The position numbers and the translations under genes were made by a program. The notes below the pieces were generated by a model that was not told the DNA's origin, did no database searches, and saw only the letters and a program-made list of their open reading frames with translations. Positions 56,546-64,000 of a stretch of DNA of 64,000 nt are shown one piece after another. Every line of letters starts with the position of its first letter. The first letter of the stretch is position 1. Source of the DNA: an uncultured Oscillospiraceae bacterium (lineage in GTDB: Bacteria > Bacillota > Clostridia > Oscillospirales > Acutalibacteraceae); NCBI GenBank assembly GCA_948471095.1, contig CAOKRG010000006.1, positions 1,795 through 65,794 on the forward strand, given 5' to 3'.

Positions 56546-56818
56546 ATGAGCCCAGAAACATCTGCCCACGCACCCCAGCTGGACCCTATTTTGGTGGGCC
56601 GCGTGATCTCTCGGTTCCGCAGGGAAAAGGGCGTGACCCAGGAGGTCCTCAGCGGGCTGGCAGACATTGGCCGCACCCACCTCTCCGCCATTGAAAACGG
56701 CGACCGCAAGCCCACCCTAGAGACCCTCTACCGCCTGAGCGGGGCGTTGGATACCTCCATGTCCGCCATCGTCCTGGAGATTGAGCGTGAAATCGAGCGG
56801 CAGAGAGGAATGAATTAG
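56546..56818 (+). CDS. XRE-family HTH transcriptional regulator
   Basis: RREKGVTQEVLSGLADIGRTHLSAIENGDRKPTLETL. Confidence 0.92.
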   Translation: MSPETSAHAPQLDPILVGRVISRFRREKGVTQEVLSGLADIGRTHLSAIENGDRKPTLETLYRLSGALDTSMSAIVLEIEREIERQRGMN

Positions 56819-56886
56819 CATTGCGTGAACCTTGGATTTTCTCGTTCTATATAAAACGCCGCTGCGGCTTGCCAACCGCGCTCCAC

Positions 56887-56929
56887 AAAAAAGCCTCCCG
56901 GCGCAGGGGAATCCCCGCGCCGGGAGGCT
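56887..56929 (-). terminator. Intrinsic terminator after SLH gene (possibly bidirectional)
   Basis: AGCCTCCCGGCGC...GCGCCGGGAGGCT stem with adjacent A-tract on plus strand. Confidence 0.8.
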
Positions 56930-56990
56930 CTGCCTATGCCCAATCCTATTTGGCATAAGCTTTCAAGCTTCTTAAAACCAGTTTCTCTTA

Positions 56991-58967
56991 CTATGCGACC
57001 TTCTCACAGTAAGACTTCAAAATCTCCGCGAAATGGCTGCGCTCCACCGGATCCTTGGGCGCCAGCTTGCCATCGTCCGTACCGGAGATCAGACCGGCTT
57101 CGACCGCCCACTCCATGGCGGGCCGGGCGTATTCGCTGACCTCTTCCTGGTCGCTAAAACCGCTCAGATCATTGGAAGCGGACGTATCCGCGCCCTTATA
57201 CTCCGCGTAGCGGCGGAAGATGACAGCCAGCTCTTCCCGGGTGGCCGGGCGCTTCGGCTGGAAGGCTTCGTAGCCGGAACCGGTCATAATGCGGTGTTCA
57301 AAGGCCCAGCGCACCGCGTCGTTATACCAGGCATTGGCGGGAACATCGGTGTAACCCGGGTCCGCGGCAGTTTCGGGCTGGCCCTCCAGACGGTACAGCA
57401 CCGTGGCGATCATGGCCCGGTCCGTCGTCATGTCCGGGCAGAAGGTGGTAGCGGTCACGCCGCTGATCAGGCCCTTGCGGAACACGAAGTCCACAGCCTC
57501 GGCATACCATTCGCCGGCGGGAACGTCGGTGAAGGTATGAACGGGAAGGACGCCCCGCTTGCACTGAACGGCGATCCAGCGCTTGAAGCTCTTATATCCC
57601 GCGTCCTCCGGGCGCTGGTTGGAGCCGTCCAGAGTGATGGAAACCGGGTCGCCCTCTTCGCTGGGCTTGTAGGTGTAGGTAAACTGGCCGTCCTTCACAA
57701 CGGCGGAAGCGCCGCTGGCATAGGGGCCGTACTCCGCGTCCACGGAGGTGTCGATGAAGTTTTTGCCATCATAGTCCTCGCCCTTGCCATCGTAATCGGC
57801 ATGAGCGTAAACCCAGCTGAAGTGGTCCAGTACATAACCGACGGCTTCCACAAGGCTCTCGGCCCCTTCGAACTCGCTGTGGTTGAAGAGGGAAAGGTGC
57901 ACGTTCTTGCTGCCCGCGGCCTTCAGCTCGTTATAGGCCTGGATCACGCCGGAAACGATAGTGGGGTAGCTGTCGCCGGCGGCAACGGTCATGTAGATGG
58001 GCAGGTCTTTCAGCTCCTCAATCTCCTCCTCGGTCAGGTTGCCGGGAGGATTGCCGCAAACCGGGAAGGCGGCGGCGAAGAAGTCCGGGTAGCTGCGGAT
58101 CATGGCCCAGGTGCTCATGCCGCCATAGGAGCAGCCGCCGATATAGACGCGGTCCGTGTCTATATCGCCCATTTCGGCGATGAACTGCTCAATGACGCTC
58201 ATGGTAGCGGCGGGGCAGCCATCCGCGCCGGCGCCGGCATGGTTCTGGGGAGCCAAAACATAGGCTCCGCCAAAAATATCCTGAGACTCTTTTTCCGCCC
58301 AGGCGGGCACGTCGTTGGCCGCGATCTGGATCCGGTTGTCGGAGCCGAACTCGCCAATGCCGTGGAGCCAGATGATCAGGGGATAGCCTTCCTCGGGCTT
58401 CGCGTAGGCTTCCTTATCAGGGACAAAATAGCGGGCGTCCATGGTGGTCACAGGCTCGCCCTCGGAGTAAGAATGCTCTGGGGTGGTATAGGTCTTGGCC
58501 ACAAACTGGTCCACGTCCGGGGAAATGTCGCCCACCACGTTGTCGATGGTCAAGTCGCCGATCTCCACCTTATAGCCGGTGTAGCTGTTTTGCCAGCCGT
58601 CTATCATGGCGCCAGGGACCATGGTGAAAGCCGCGCTCATGCCGTCCTCCGCCAGAACCGCGTCAACGATCTCCCGTTCGACGGTAGCCTCGTGCTCGGG
58701 CTCGGTTTCGGTGGCGGCCACGGTATAGGTGGCGGTGATCTTCGCCCCCTCCAGGCTTTCCACTGGCTGGGCAAAGGTCACGTTCAGACCGGTGATGGTC
58801 TCGCCCATAGCCCGTACGTCCCGAACCACGGTGATGGAATCCACCGGTTCGGGGGCCGTGCCCGGAGCGTCCGGCTCAACATCGGAAGCGCTGGCCAGGA
58901 CCGCGCAGCCCAGCATCAGCGCCGCGCAAAGCACCAGCGCCAGAAGCTGTTTCATCATTTTCTGCAT
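56991..58967 (-). CDS. Secreted alpha/beta-hydrolase (esterase-like) with C-terminal SLH domains
   Basis: Signal peptide, PLIIWLHGIGE, GCSYGG nucleophile elbow, DHFSW; three SLH repeats (FTDVPAGEWYAEAV..., YTDVPANAWY..., FSD...SEYA). Confidence 0.88.
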   Translation of the reverse strand: MQKMMKQLLALVLCAALMLGCAVLASASDVEPDAPGTAPEPVDSITVVRDVRAMGETITGLNVTFAQPVESLEGAKITATYTVAATETEPEHEATVEREIVDAVLAEDGMSAAFTMVPGAMIDGWQNSYTGYKVEIGDLTIDNVVGDISPDVDQFVAKTYTTPEHSYSEGEPVTTMDARYFVPDKEAYAKPEEGYPLIIWLHGIGEFGSDNRIQIAANDVPAWAEKESQDIFGGAYVLAPQNHAGAGADGCPAATMSVIEQFIAEMGDIDTDRVYIGGCSYGGMSTWAMIRSYPDFFAAAFPVCGNPPGNLTEEEIEELKDLPIYMTVAAGDSYPTIVSGVIQAYNELKAAGSKNVHLSLFNHSEFEGAESLVEAVGYVLDHFSWVYAHADYDGKGEDYDGKNFIDTSVDAEYGPYASGASAVVKDGQFTYTYKPSEEGDPVSITLDGSNQRPEDAGYKSFKRWIAVQCKRGVLPVHTFTDVPAGEWYAEAVDFVFRKGLISGVTATTFCPDMTTDRAMIATVLYRLEGQPETAADPGYTDVPANAWYNDAVRWAFEHRIMTGSGYEAFQPKRPATREELAVIFRRYAEYKGADTSASNDLSGFSDQEEVSEYARPAMEWAVEAGLISGTDDGKLAPKDPVERSHFAEILKSYCEKVA

Positions 58968-59039
58968 TTTAACGTTCTCCCTTCTGTGATGTGTGCGCCC
59001 ATGCCGTTAATTGGATTAGGCGCCAATTTTTTCCATTTC

Positions 59040-59068
59040 ATTATATCGCCAAAATTTTAAAAAGTCAA
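59040..59068 (-). promoter_or_regulatory. sigmaA promoter of SLH-hydrolase gene
   Basis: TTGACT-N17-TATAAT. Confidence 0.7.
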
Positions 59069-59240
59069 TGGCTTTTTTTAGAGAATCAGAGCAACAATCG
59101 CAGTCTTTTAGCAAGACAATATGGCAAAGAGGGCCAAAAAGGCCTGTCGCCCCGGCTTCCTTCCCGCCACCCTTGTGAGGGAGGTCAGGTTTCATCATCG
59201 CGCGGCCCGCGAAAATGGGCCGGACTTTCTCTATTTTGCC

Positions 59241-59269
59241 TTGCGGGTCCCCGGCAAATCTGATATAAT
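59241..59269 (+). promoter_or_regulatory. sigmaA promoter of degV
   Basis: TTGCGG-N17-TATAAT with TG extension. Confidence 0.65.
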
Positions 59270-59310
59270 GGAGCGGACGCAGCGAAAGCCGCTTGAAAGG
59301 AGCGTTTGCC

Positions 59311-60153
59311 ATGTCCATTCGCATCATCACCGATTCCGCCGCCGACCTGCCCGCCCCTTACCGCCGCGAGGTCACGGTTCTGCCCATGACCGTCAGCTTC
59401 GGGGACCGGCACTATCAGGACGGCGTAAACCTAACGCACCGCCAGTTTTACGAACAGCTCATCGAGGGGGACGTTCTGCCCATCACCAGCCAGGTCAGCC
59501 CCGGACAGTTTGCGGAGGCCTTCCAGTCCGCCGCGGACGCGGGCGAAGACGCTGTGGCCATTACCTTGTCCGGAAAGCTCTCCGGCACCTATCAGAGCGC
59601 CTGCCTGGCCGCCCAGGATTTTCCAGGCCGGGCGTATGTGGTGGACAGCGAAAACGCCACCATCGGCGAGATGATTTTGGTGGAGCGGGCCCTGGAGCTG
59701 CTGGACCAGGGCCTGAGCGCCCCGGACATTGCCGCGCGCCTGGACCGGGAGAAAAAATCCGTAAGGCTCATCGCCCTGCTGGACACCTTGGAGTATTTGA
59801 AGCGGGGCGGACGCATCTCCCCTACCACCGCACTGGTAGGCGGGCTGCTGGCCGTCAAGCCGGTGGTAGCGGTCCGGGAGGGCGAAGTGGTGGTGCTGGG
59901 CAAGGCCCGGGGCTCCAAAAACGGCAACAGCCTGCTGGTCCAGGAGATTGAAAAGACCGCCGGCGTGGATTTCGCCCGGCCTTACCGCTTGGGCTACACC
60001 GGTCTGAGCGACGCCCTGCTGCAAAAATACGTTGCGGACAGCCGCCAGCTTTGGCAGGACCATGCGGAGTCCCTGCCTATCTGCACGGTAGGTGGCGCCA
60101 TCGGGACCCATGTGGGCCCCGGCGCGGTGGCTGTGGCCTTTTTCTGCCGGTAA
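59311..60153 (+). CDS. DegV family fatty-acid binding protein (FakB-like)
   Basis: IITDSAADL, TSQVSP, LSGKLSGTYQSA, VVDS, L.RGGRI, IGTHVGPG. Confidence 0.95.
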   Translation: MSIRIITDSAADLPAPYRREVTVLPMTVSFGDRHYQDGVNLTHRQFYEQLIEGDVLPITSQVSPGQFAEAFQSAADAGEDAVAITLSGKLSGTYQSACLAAQDFPGRAYVVDSENATIGEMILVERALELLDQGLSAPDIAARLDREKKSVRLIALLDTLEYLKRGGRISPTTALVGGLLAVKPVVAVREGEVVVLGKARGSKNGNSLLVQEIEKTAGVDFARPYRLGYTGLSDALLQKYVADSRQLWQDHAESLPICTVGGAIGTHVGPGAVAVAFFCR

Positions 60154-60261
60154 GGCCGGGCCGCGCCGCCGGGGACGATAGACCCTGACAGAAAAAACAT
60201 CCTGACTTAACGCCTTTCTTAAAGGATTGCAAAAAACCACATACCAAAGGAGCAAACTACC

Positions 60262-60783
60262 ATGGAAAACCCAGTGATCAATACCCTGCTGACACGCCGG
60301 AGCATCCGCAAATACCGGCCGAACCCGGTGGAGCCGGAACTGCTGGACCTAATCCTCAAAGCCGGCACCTACGCCCCCACCGGCCGGGGAAGCCAGTCGC
60401 CCACCATTGTGGCTGTGGCCAACCCGGAGGACCGTCAGGCCGTACAGGAGCTGAACTGCGCGGCCCGGGGCGGCAGCGGAGATCCTTATTACGGCGCGCC
60501 CACCATTCTGCTGGTCTTTGCCGACCCCTGCCGCCACACGGGCGTGGAGGACGCGGTCTGCGTGCTGAGCGCCATGATGGTGGCCGCCCACGCCCTGGGC
60601 GCGGCCAGCTGCTGGATTCACGGCGAGCACGAGATGTTCCAGCTGCCCGAGGGAAAGGCCCTTCTGCGCAAGTGGGGCCTGCCGGAGGACCTGCGGGGCG
60701 TGGGATCCCTGGCCGTGGGATATGCCGCCTGCCCGCCCCCCCAGGCCCCGCCCCGGCGGGAGGGCTATGTGGTGAAGGTGTGA
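60262..60783 (+). CDS. Nitroreductase family protein
   Basis: RRSIRKY, AGTYAPTG, AAHALGAASCWI. Confidence 0.93.
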   Translation: MENPVINTLLTRRSIRKYRPNPVEPELLDLILKAGTYAPTGRGSQSPTIVAVANPEDRQAVQELNCAARGGSGDPYYGAPTILLVFADPCRHTGVEDAVCVLSAMMVAAHALGAASCWIHGEHEMFQLPEGKALLRKWGLPEDLRGVGSLAVGYAACPPPQAPPRREGYVVKV

Positions 60784-60853
60784 AGGCCGCGCGCTGAAGG
60801 CGGGCGCTTGGGCTCTCCCCTTTGTCCCCTTTACCGGAAATTGTAAATTTTTT

Positions 60854-60892
60854 AAGCCGCCCAGGCTTTTCGCCGGAGCGGCTTGTTTTTTT
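60854..60892 (+). terminator. Terminator after nitroreductase, overlapping a TTGTTT-N17-TATAAT promoter (60883-60911)
   Basis: AAGCCGC...GCGGCTT followed by T-tract. Confidence 0.55.
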
Positions 60893-60961
60893 CTGGCAAA
60901 AACGCTATAATATAAAGATAAGGGGTCCGGCAAGGACTCCCTGGAAAGGAAAGGGAACGCG

Positions 60962-62323
60962 ATGAAAGGCAAAACCGCCCTGCTTCTGGCCGCCGCCCTG
61001 CTGGCCGGGGCCCTCTCCGGCTGCGGCCCGGAAGAACAGGTGATATATGAAAGTCCGGCCAGCGCCGGAAACAACGGCCAAAGCGCCCAGCTGGTCATTG
61101 GCGCGTACCGCCTGGAAGAGGACCAGGAGGCCGTGCTGGAGGAAGCCATCGAGCGCTATCAAGCGGATTTCCCGGAAACAGAGGTCCGGGTGGAGCGTTA
61201 CGCCAGCCGGGAAGACCTGGCCGGGGCCGCCGCCAATGGGAAGGCCGACATGTTTCAGGTGGAGTCCTCGGAGGCGGTGGACTATGCCCGGCGGGGGCTG
61301 CTGCGGGACCTGATGGAATACACCGGCATGTGGGACTATGAGGCCAGCCTGACCGAGGGGGCCCGCCGGGCCATGCGCTTCATGGGCGAGGGGGCCATCT
61401 ACCTGGTTCCTGTGGATTTCCAGCAGGACGCGCTGTTCTACCGCACGGACTGGGTGGAGGCCTACAACGAGACCCGCCGGGGCACGGAACGGGCCTATGT
61501 GGAGACCTGGGAGCAGCTGGCGGACGCGGCCAAGAAGTTCGACCAGGAGAACGGCAAGGGCAAGCTGGCCGTCAGCGGGGAGGCCATGGGCGAGTACTTT
61601 GACGCGGTGCTGTGGAGCACCCTGGGCCAAGGAGCCCTGGCGGACCCGGCGGCTGGCTATTTCCTGCGGGAAGACGGGGCTGGAACCGTGTTTGCCTCGG
61701 ACAAGGCCCCGGAAGCGGCGGAGCTGTTCGCCAAGGTGATGGCCGTCCGTTTGAACGATGACCTGACCGAAGAAGAGGCCGTGGACGCTTTCGCGGCGGG
61801 CGAGGCTTTCGCCCTCTTGGCGGACGCCCGCACCGCCCAGGTCCTGGCCCAGGCCATGCCGGAGGGGAGCTGGAAAGCGGCGGGCATTCCCCAGGGGGCG
61901 GGCGAGATGGCGGTATTCCACCACAGCTGGTGGGGCTGGGGCGTGAGTACGGCCTCGGCCAATGGAGAAAAGGCCATTCACTTTCTCAGCTTTTTGACCA
62001 ACAGCGACAACAATACCCACTGGGCCAAGGTGTGCGGTACGCTGCCTATTTATAAGGAAGCCCTGCACATGGAGCCCAGCCTGCTGGAAAGCCCCCGCGA
62101 GGTGGAAATGCGGATGCTCAAGGACGCGGCGGTGTTCCGCAACGCCAGCCGGCCCCGGATGTACCAGGCGGAGGACGGGTTTGCGCCTGTGCTGGATAAG
62201 GCTCTGAAAGAGTACGTCCAGGGCGAGATGGACGCCTCCACGCTGCTGGGCCAGCTGGACGCCTACTGGTCCCAGGCCTATGAGGCGGAGGGCAGGCTCT
62301 GGAAAGAGCGCCAAAAGCAGTAA
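60962..62323 (+). CDS. Extracellular solute-binding lipoprotein (sugar-binding family 1-like)
   Basis: Lipobox LSGC, IYLVP..ALFYRTD, TWEQL, A..FLSFLT. Confidence 0.85.
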   Translation: MKGKTALLLAAALLAGALSGCGPEEQVIYESPASAGNNGQSAQLVIGAYRLEEDQEAVLEEAIERYQADFPETEVRVERYASREDLAGAAANGKADMFQVESSEAVDYARRGLLRDLMEYTGMWDYEASLTEGARRAMRFMGEGAIYLVPVDFQQDALFYRTDWVEAYNETRRGTERAYVETWEQLADAAKKFDQENGKGKLAVSGEAMGEYFDAVLWSTLGQGALADPAAGYFLREDGAGTVFASDKAPEAAELFAKVMAVRLNDDLTEEEAVDAFAAGEAFALLADARTAQVLAQAMPEGSWKAAGIPQGAGEMAVFHHSWWGWGVSTASANGEKAIHFLSFLTNSDNNTHWAKVCGTLPIYKEALHMEPSLLESPREVEMRMLKDAAVFRNASRPRMYQAEDGFAPVLDKALKEYVQGEMDASTLLGQLDAYWSQAYEAEGRLWKERQKQ

Positions 62324-62356
62324 CGCCGCCAAAGACACACCATAAGGAGGACCCCT

Positions 62357-63130
62357 ATGCACGTAAAATTGTTGGCCTATACCCCCGACCCGGAGCGGAC
62401 CGTGGCCTGCGCCGCCAAGCTCTGCTACGCCGCGGCGGACATTGACGCCGTGTACGACGGCCTGACCCCGGAGAAGACCGAGCGCTTCCTGCACATGCTC
62501 AACAGCCTGGGCCACGAGAGCCCGGTGGAGCATGCGAGCTTTACCTTTGGCATCGAGGGCGTGTCCCGGTCCCTGCTGGCCCAGATCACCCGGCACCGCA
62601 TCGCCTCCTTCAGCGTCCAAAGCCAGCGCTATGTGAAGGAGTCGGCATTTGAATTTGTCACGCCCCCGGAGATCGCGGCCCTGCCCCAGGCGGCGGAAGA
62701 GTTCCGCCAGGCCATGGAGGAGGACGCCGTCCACTATGAGCGGCTGGCCGCAATGTTACAAAAAAAGCACGAGGAGGATCTGCTGGCCCAGGGCCTCTCC
62801 CCTGCCGAAGCCTCGAAGAAAGCCGAGAAAATGGCCATCGAGGACGCCCGGTTCGTACTGCCCAACGCCTGCGCCACCAAGATGATCTGTACCATGAACG
62901 CCCGGGAGCTGCGGCACTTCTTCGCCCACCGCTGCTGCAACCGGGCTCAGTGGGAAATTCGGGAGCTGGCAACCCGAATGCTCATGCTGGCCCGGGAGGC
63001 CGCCCCCCTCCTCTTCGCCCAGGCGGGCCCCCCCTGCCTGCGTGGAGCCTGCCCGGAAGGGAAGATGTCCTGCGGCAAGGCGGCGGAGGTACGGGCGAAG
63101 TTTTTAGGCTCGGGGGTGGATGAGCCATGA
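62357..63130 (+). CDS. thyX: FAD-dependent thymidylate synthase
   Basis: GHESPVEH, RHRIASFSVQSQRY, DARFVLP, AQWEIR. Confidence 0.96.
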   Translation: MHVKLLAYTPDPERTVACAAKLCYAAADIDAVYDGLTPEKTERFLHMLNSLGHESPVEHASFTFGIEGVSRSLLAQITRHRIASFSVQSQRYVKESAFEFVTPPEIAALPQAAEEFRQAMEEDAVHYERLAAMLQKKHEEDLLAQGLSPAEASKKAEKMAIEDARFVLPNACATKMICTMNARELRHFFAHRCCNRAQWEIRELATRMLMLAREAAPLLFAQAGPPCLRGACPEGKMSCGKAAEVRAKFLGSGVDEP

Positions 63131-63771
63131 GCCTCCTGGTGGTGGAGGGCCTGGACGGCAGCGGCAAGAGCACCCAAGTGGCTTTGCTGGCCGGGGCCCT
63201 GGCCCAGAGGGGCCCTATGCGGAAAATTTCCTTTCCGGACTATGATTCCCCCTCTTCGGCGCTGGTCAAGATGTACCTGGCTGGGGACTTCGGCAGCGCC
63301 GGAGAGGTGGACCCCTATGCCGCCGGAGCCTTTTACGCGGTGGACCGCTATGCCAGCTTTCAGAAGGACTGGCGGGAGGACTATGGCCGGGGCACACTGA
63401 TTTTGGCGGACCGCTATGCCACCTCCAACCTGCTGTACCAGATGGGCAAGCTCCCAGAATCCCAATGGCTGGACTATGCCGCCTGGGTGGAGGATTTCGA
63501 ATACGGCAAGCTGAGCCTGCCCCGGCCGGACCGGGTGGTGTTGCTGGACATGCCAGTGGAGGTCTCCCAAAAGCTGTTGGCTGTGCGGTACGAGGGAGAC
63601 GACTCCCGGAAGGACATTCACGAGCGGGACCTGGACTTTTTGCGGAACTGCGCCCGGTGCGCGCATTTCGCGGCGGAGCGGCTGGGCTGGCGGGTGGTGT
63701 CCTGCGCGGCGGGGGGTGAGCCCCTGCCCGTGGAGGAAGTCCACCGGCGGGTGCTGAAGGCGGCGCTGTGA
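63127..63771 (+). CDS. tmk: Thymidylate kinase
   Basis: EGLDGSGKSTQ, ADRY, PRPD, DIHE; follows thyX. Confidence 0.9.
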   Translation: MSLLVVEGLDGSGKSTQVALLAGALAQRGPMRKISFPDYDSPSSALVKMYLAGDFGSAGEVDPYAAGAFYAVDRYASFQKDWREDYGRGTLILADRYATSNLLYQMGKLPESQWLDYAAWVEDFEYGKLSLPRPDRVVLLDMPVEVSQKLLAVRYEGDDSRKDIHERDLDFLRNCARCAHFAAERLGWRVVSCAAGGEPLPVEEVHRRVLKAAL

Positions 63772-64000
63772 AGGGCCGCTGGCAGCGGCTGGAGCGGCGG
63801 GCGCGGCAGTTAAGGCGGCTGGTCCAGGCCATCGTTGCCTTCGTGTTTGTGGGCGCGCTGGGGCAGGCGTTCGGCATGGGCCAGCGGGGCCGTTCCATCT
63901 GGCTGGCGCTGGGCCTGCTGATAGCGGCCTATCTAATTCTTTTGGTGTTGGAGCGCCGGGACCCAAAGACGGCGGCGCTCTCCAAGGGCGGCGAGCTGAT
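63768..64000 (+). CDS. Membrane protein, N-terminal part; runs off window end
   Basis: GTG overlapping tmk stop; open frame MKGRWQRLERRARQLRRLVQAIVAFVFVGALG...IWLALGLLIAAYLILLVLERRDPK... with 2 TM helices. Confidence 0.65.
   Translation, partial: MKGRWQRLERRARQLRRLVQAIVAFVFVGALGQAFGMGQRGRSIWLALGLLIAAYLILLVLERRDPKTAALSKGGEL

Noticed and set aside
57033-59060. 675-aa plus-strand ORF
   Set aside because: Antisense shadow of the SLH hydrolase; no motifs; explained by GC-rich codon bias.
58968-59310. Strand switch as possible replication origin or terminus
   Set aside because: No DnaA-box cluster or dif-like site seen; ordinary divergent promoters.
60905-62734. 609-aa minus-strand ORF
   Set aside because: Antisense to the SBP and thyX genes; no recognisable domain.
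1-64000. CRISPR array, tRNA/rRNA, transposase, prophage or defence genes
   Set aside because: No regularly spaced repeats or corresponding motifs were seen by eye.

Overview
GC-rich chromosome segment of a spore-forming Clostridia bacterium; gene content and order suggest Oscillospiraceae/Acutalibacter-like (inference). It is mostly core genome read on the minus strand up to about 59 kb: lysA; tig-clpP-clpX-lon-engB; thrC; rplS-lepB-lepB-rbgA-rnhB-yraN; a TIGR03960/TIGR03936 radical SAM pair; a sporulation block; the yicC-remA-gmk-rpoZ-priA-def-fmt-rsmB-rlmN-stp-pknB-rsgA-thiN cluster; the miaB-ricA-mutS-mutL-miaA-yggS-sepF-ylmH-divIVA-lspA-rluD cluster; then MATE, XRE and SLH-esterase genes. 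A plus-strand degV-nitroreductase-SBP-thyX-tmk block follows. I saw no CRISPR array, rRNA, tRNA, integrase or transposase. Main observations: (i) two small genes absent from the ORF track, a 57-aa Cys-rich membrane peptide and a 29-aa SpoVM-like peptide lacking the conserved Pro, lead a contiguous spoVM-sipL-spoIVA-mini spoIVFA-spoIVFB-like block with sigmaE/K-like promoters; (ii) two groups of four accessory genes interrupt the miaB-ricA-mutS-mutL cluster, one including a ParB/Srx-like protein next to an HD protein; (iii) a divergent XRE/small-membrane-peptide unit with an operator-like inverted repeat; (iv) several promoters whose -10 box lies in one arm of an inverted repeat. All family assignments are by eye from motifs and synteny; no database searches were run.
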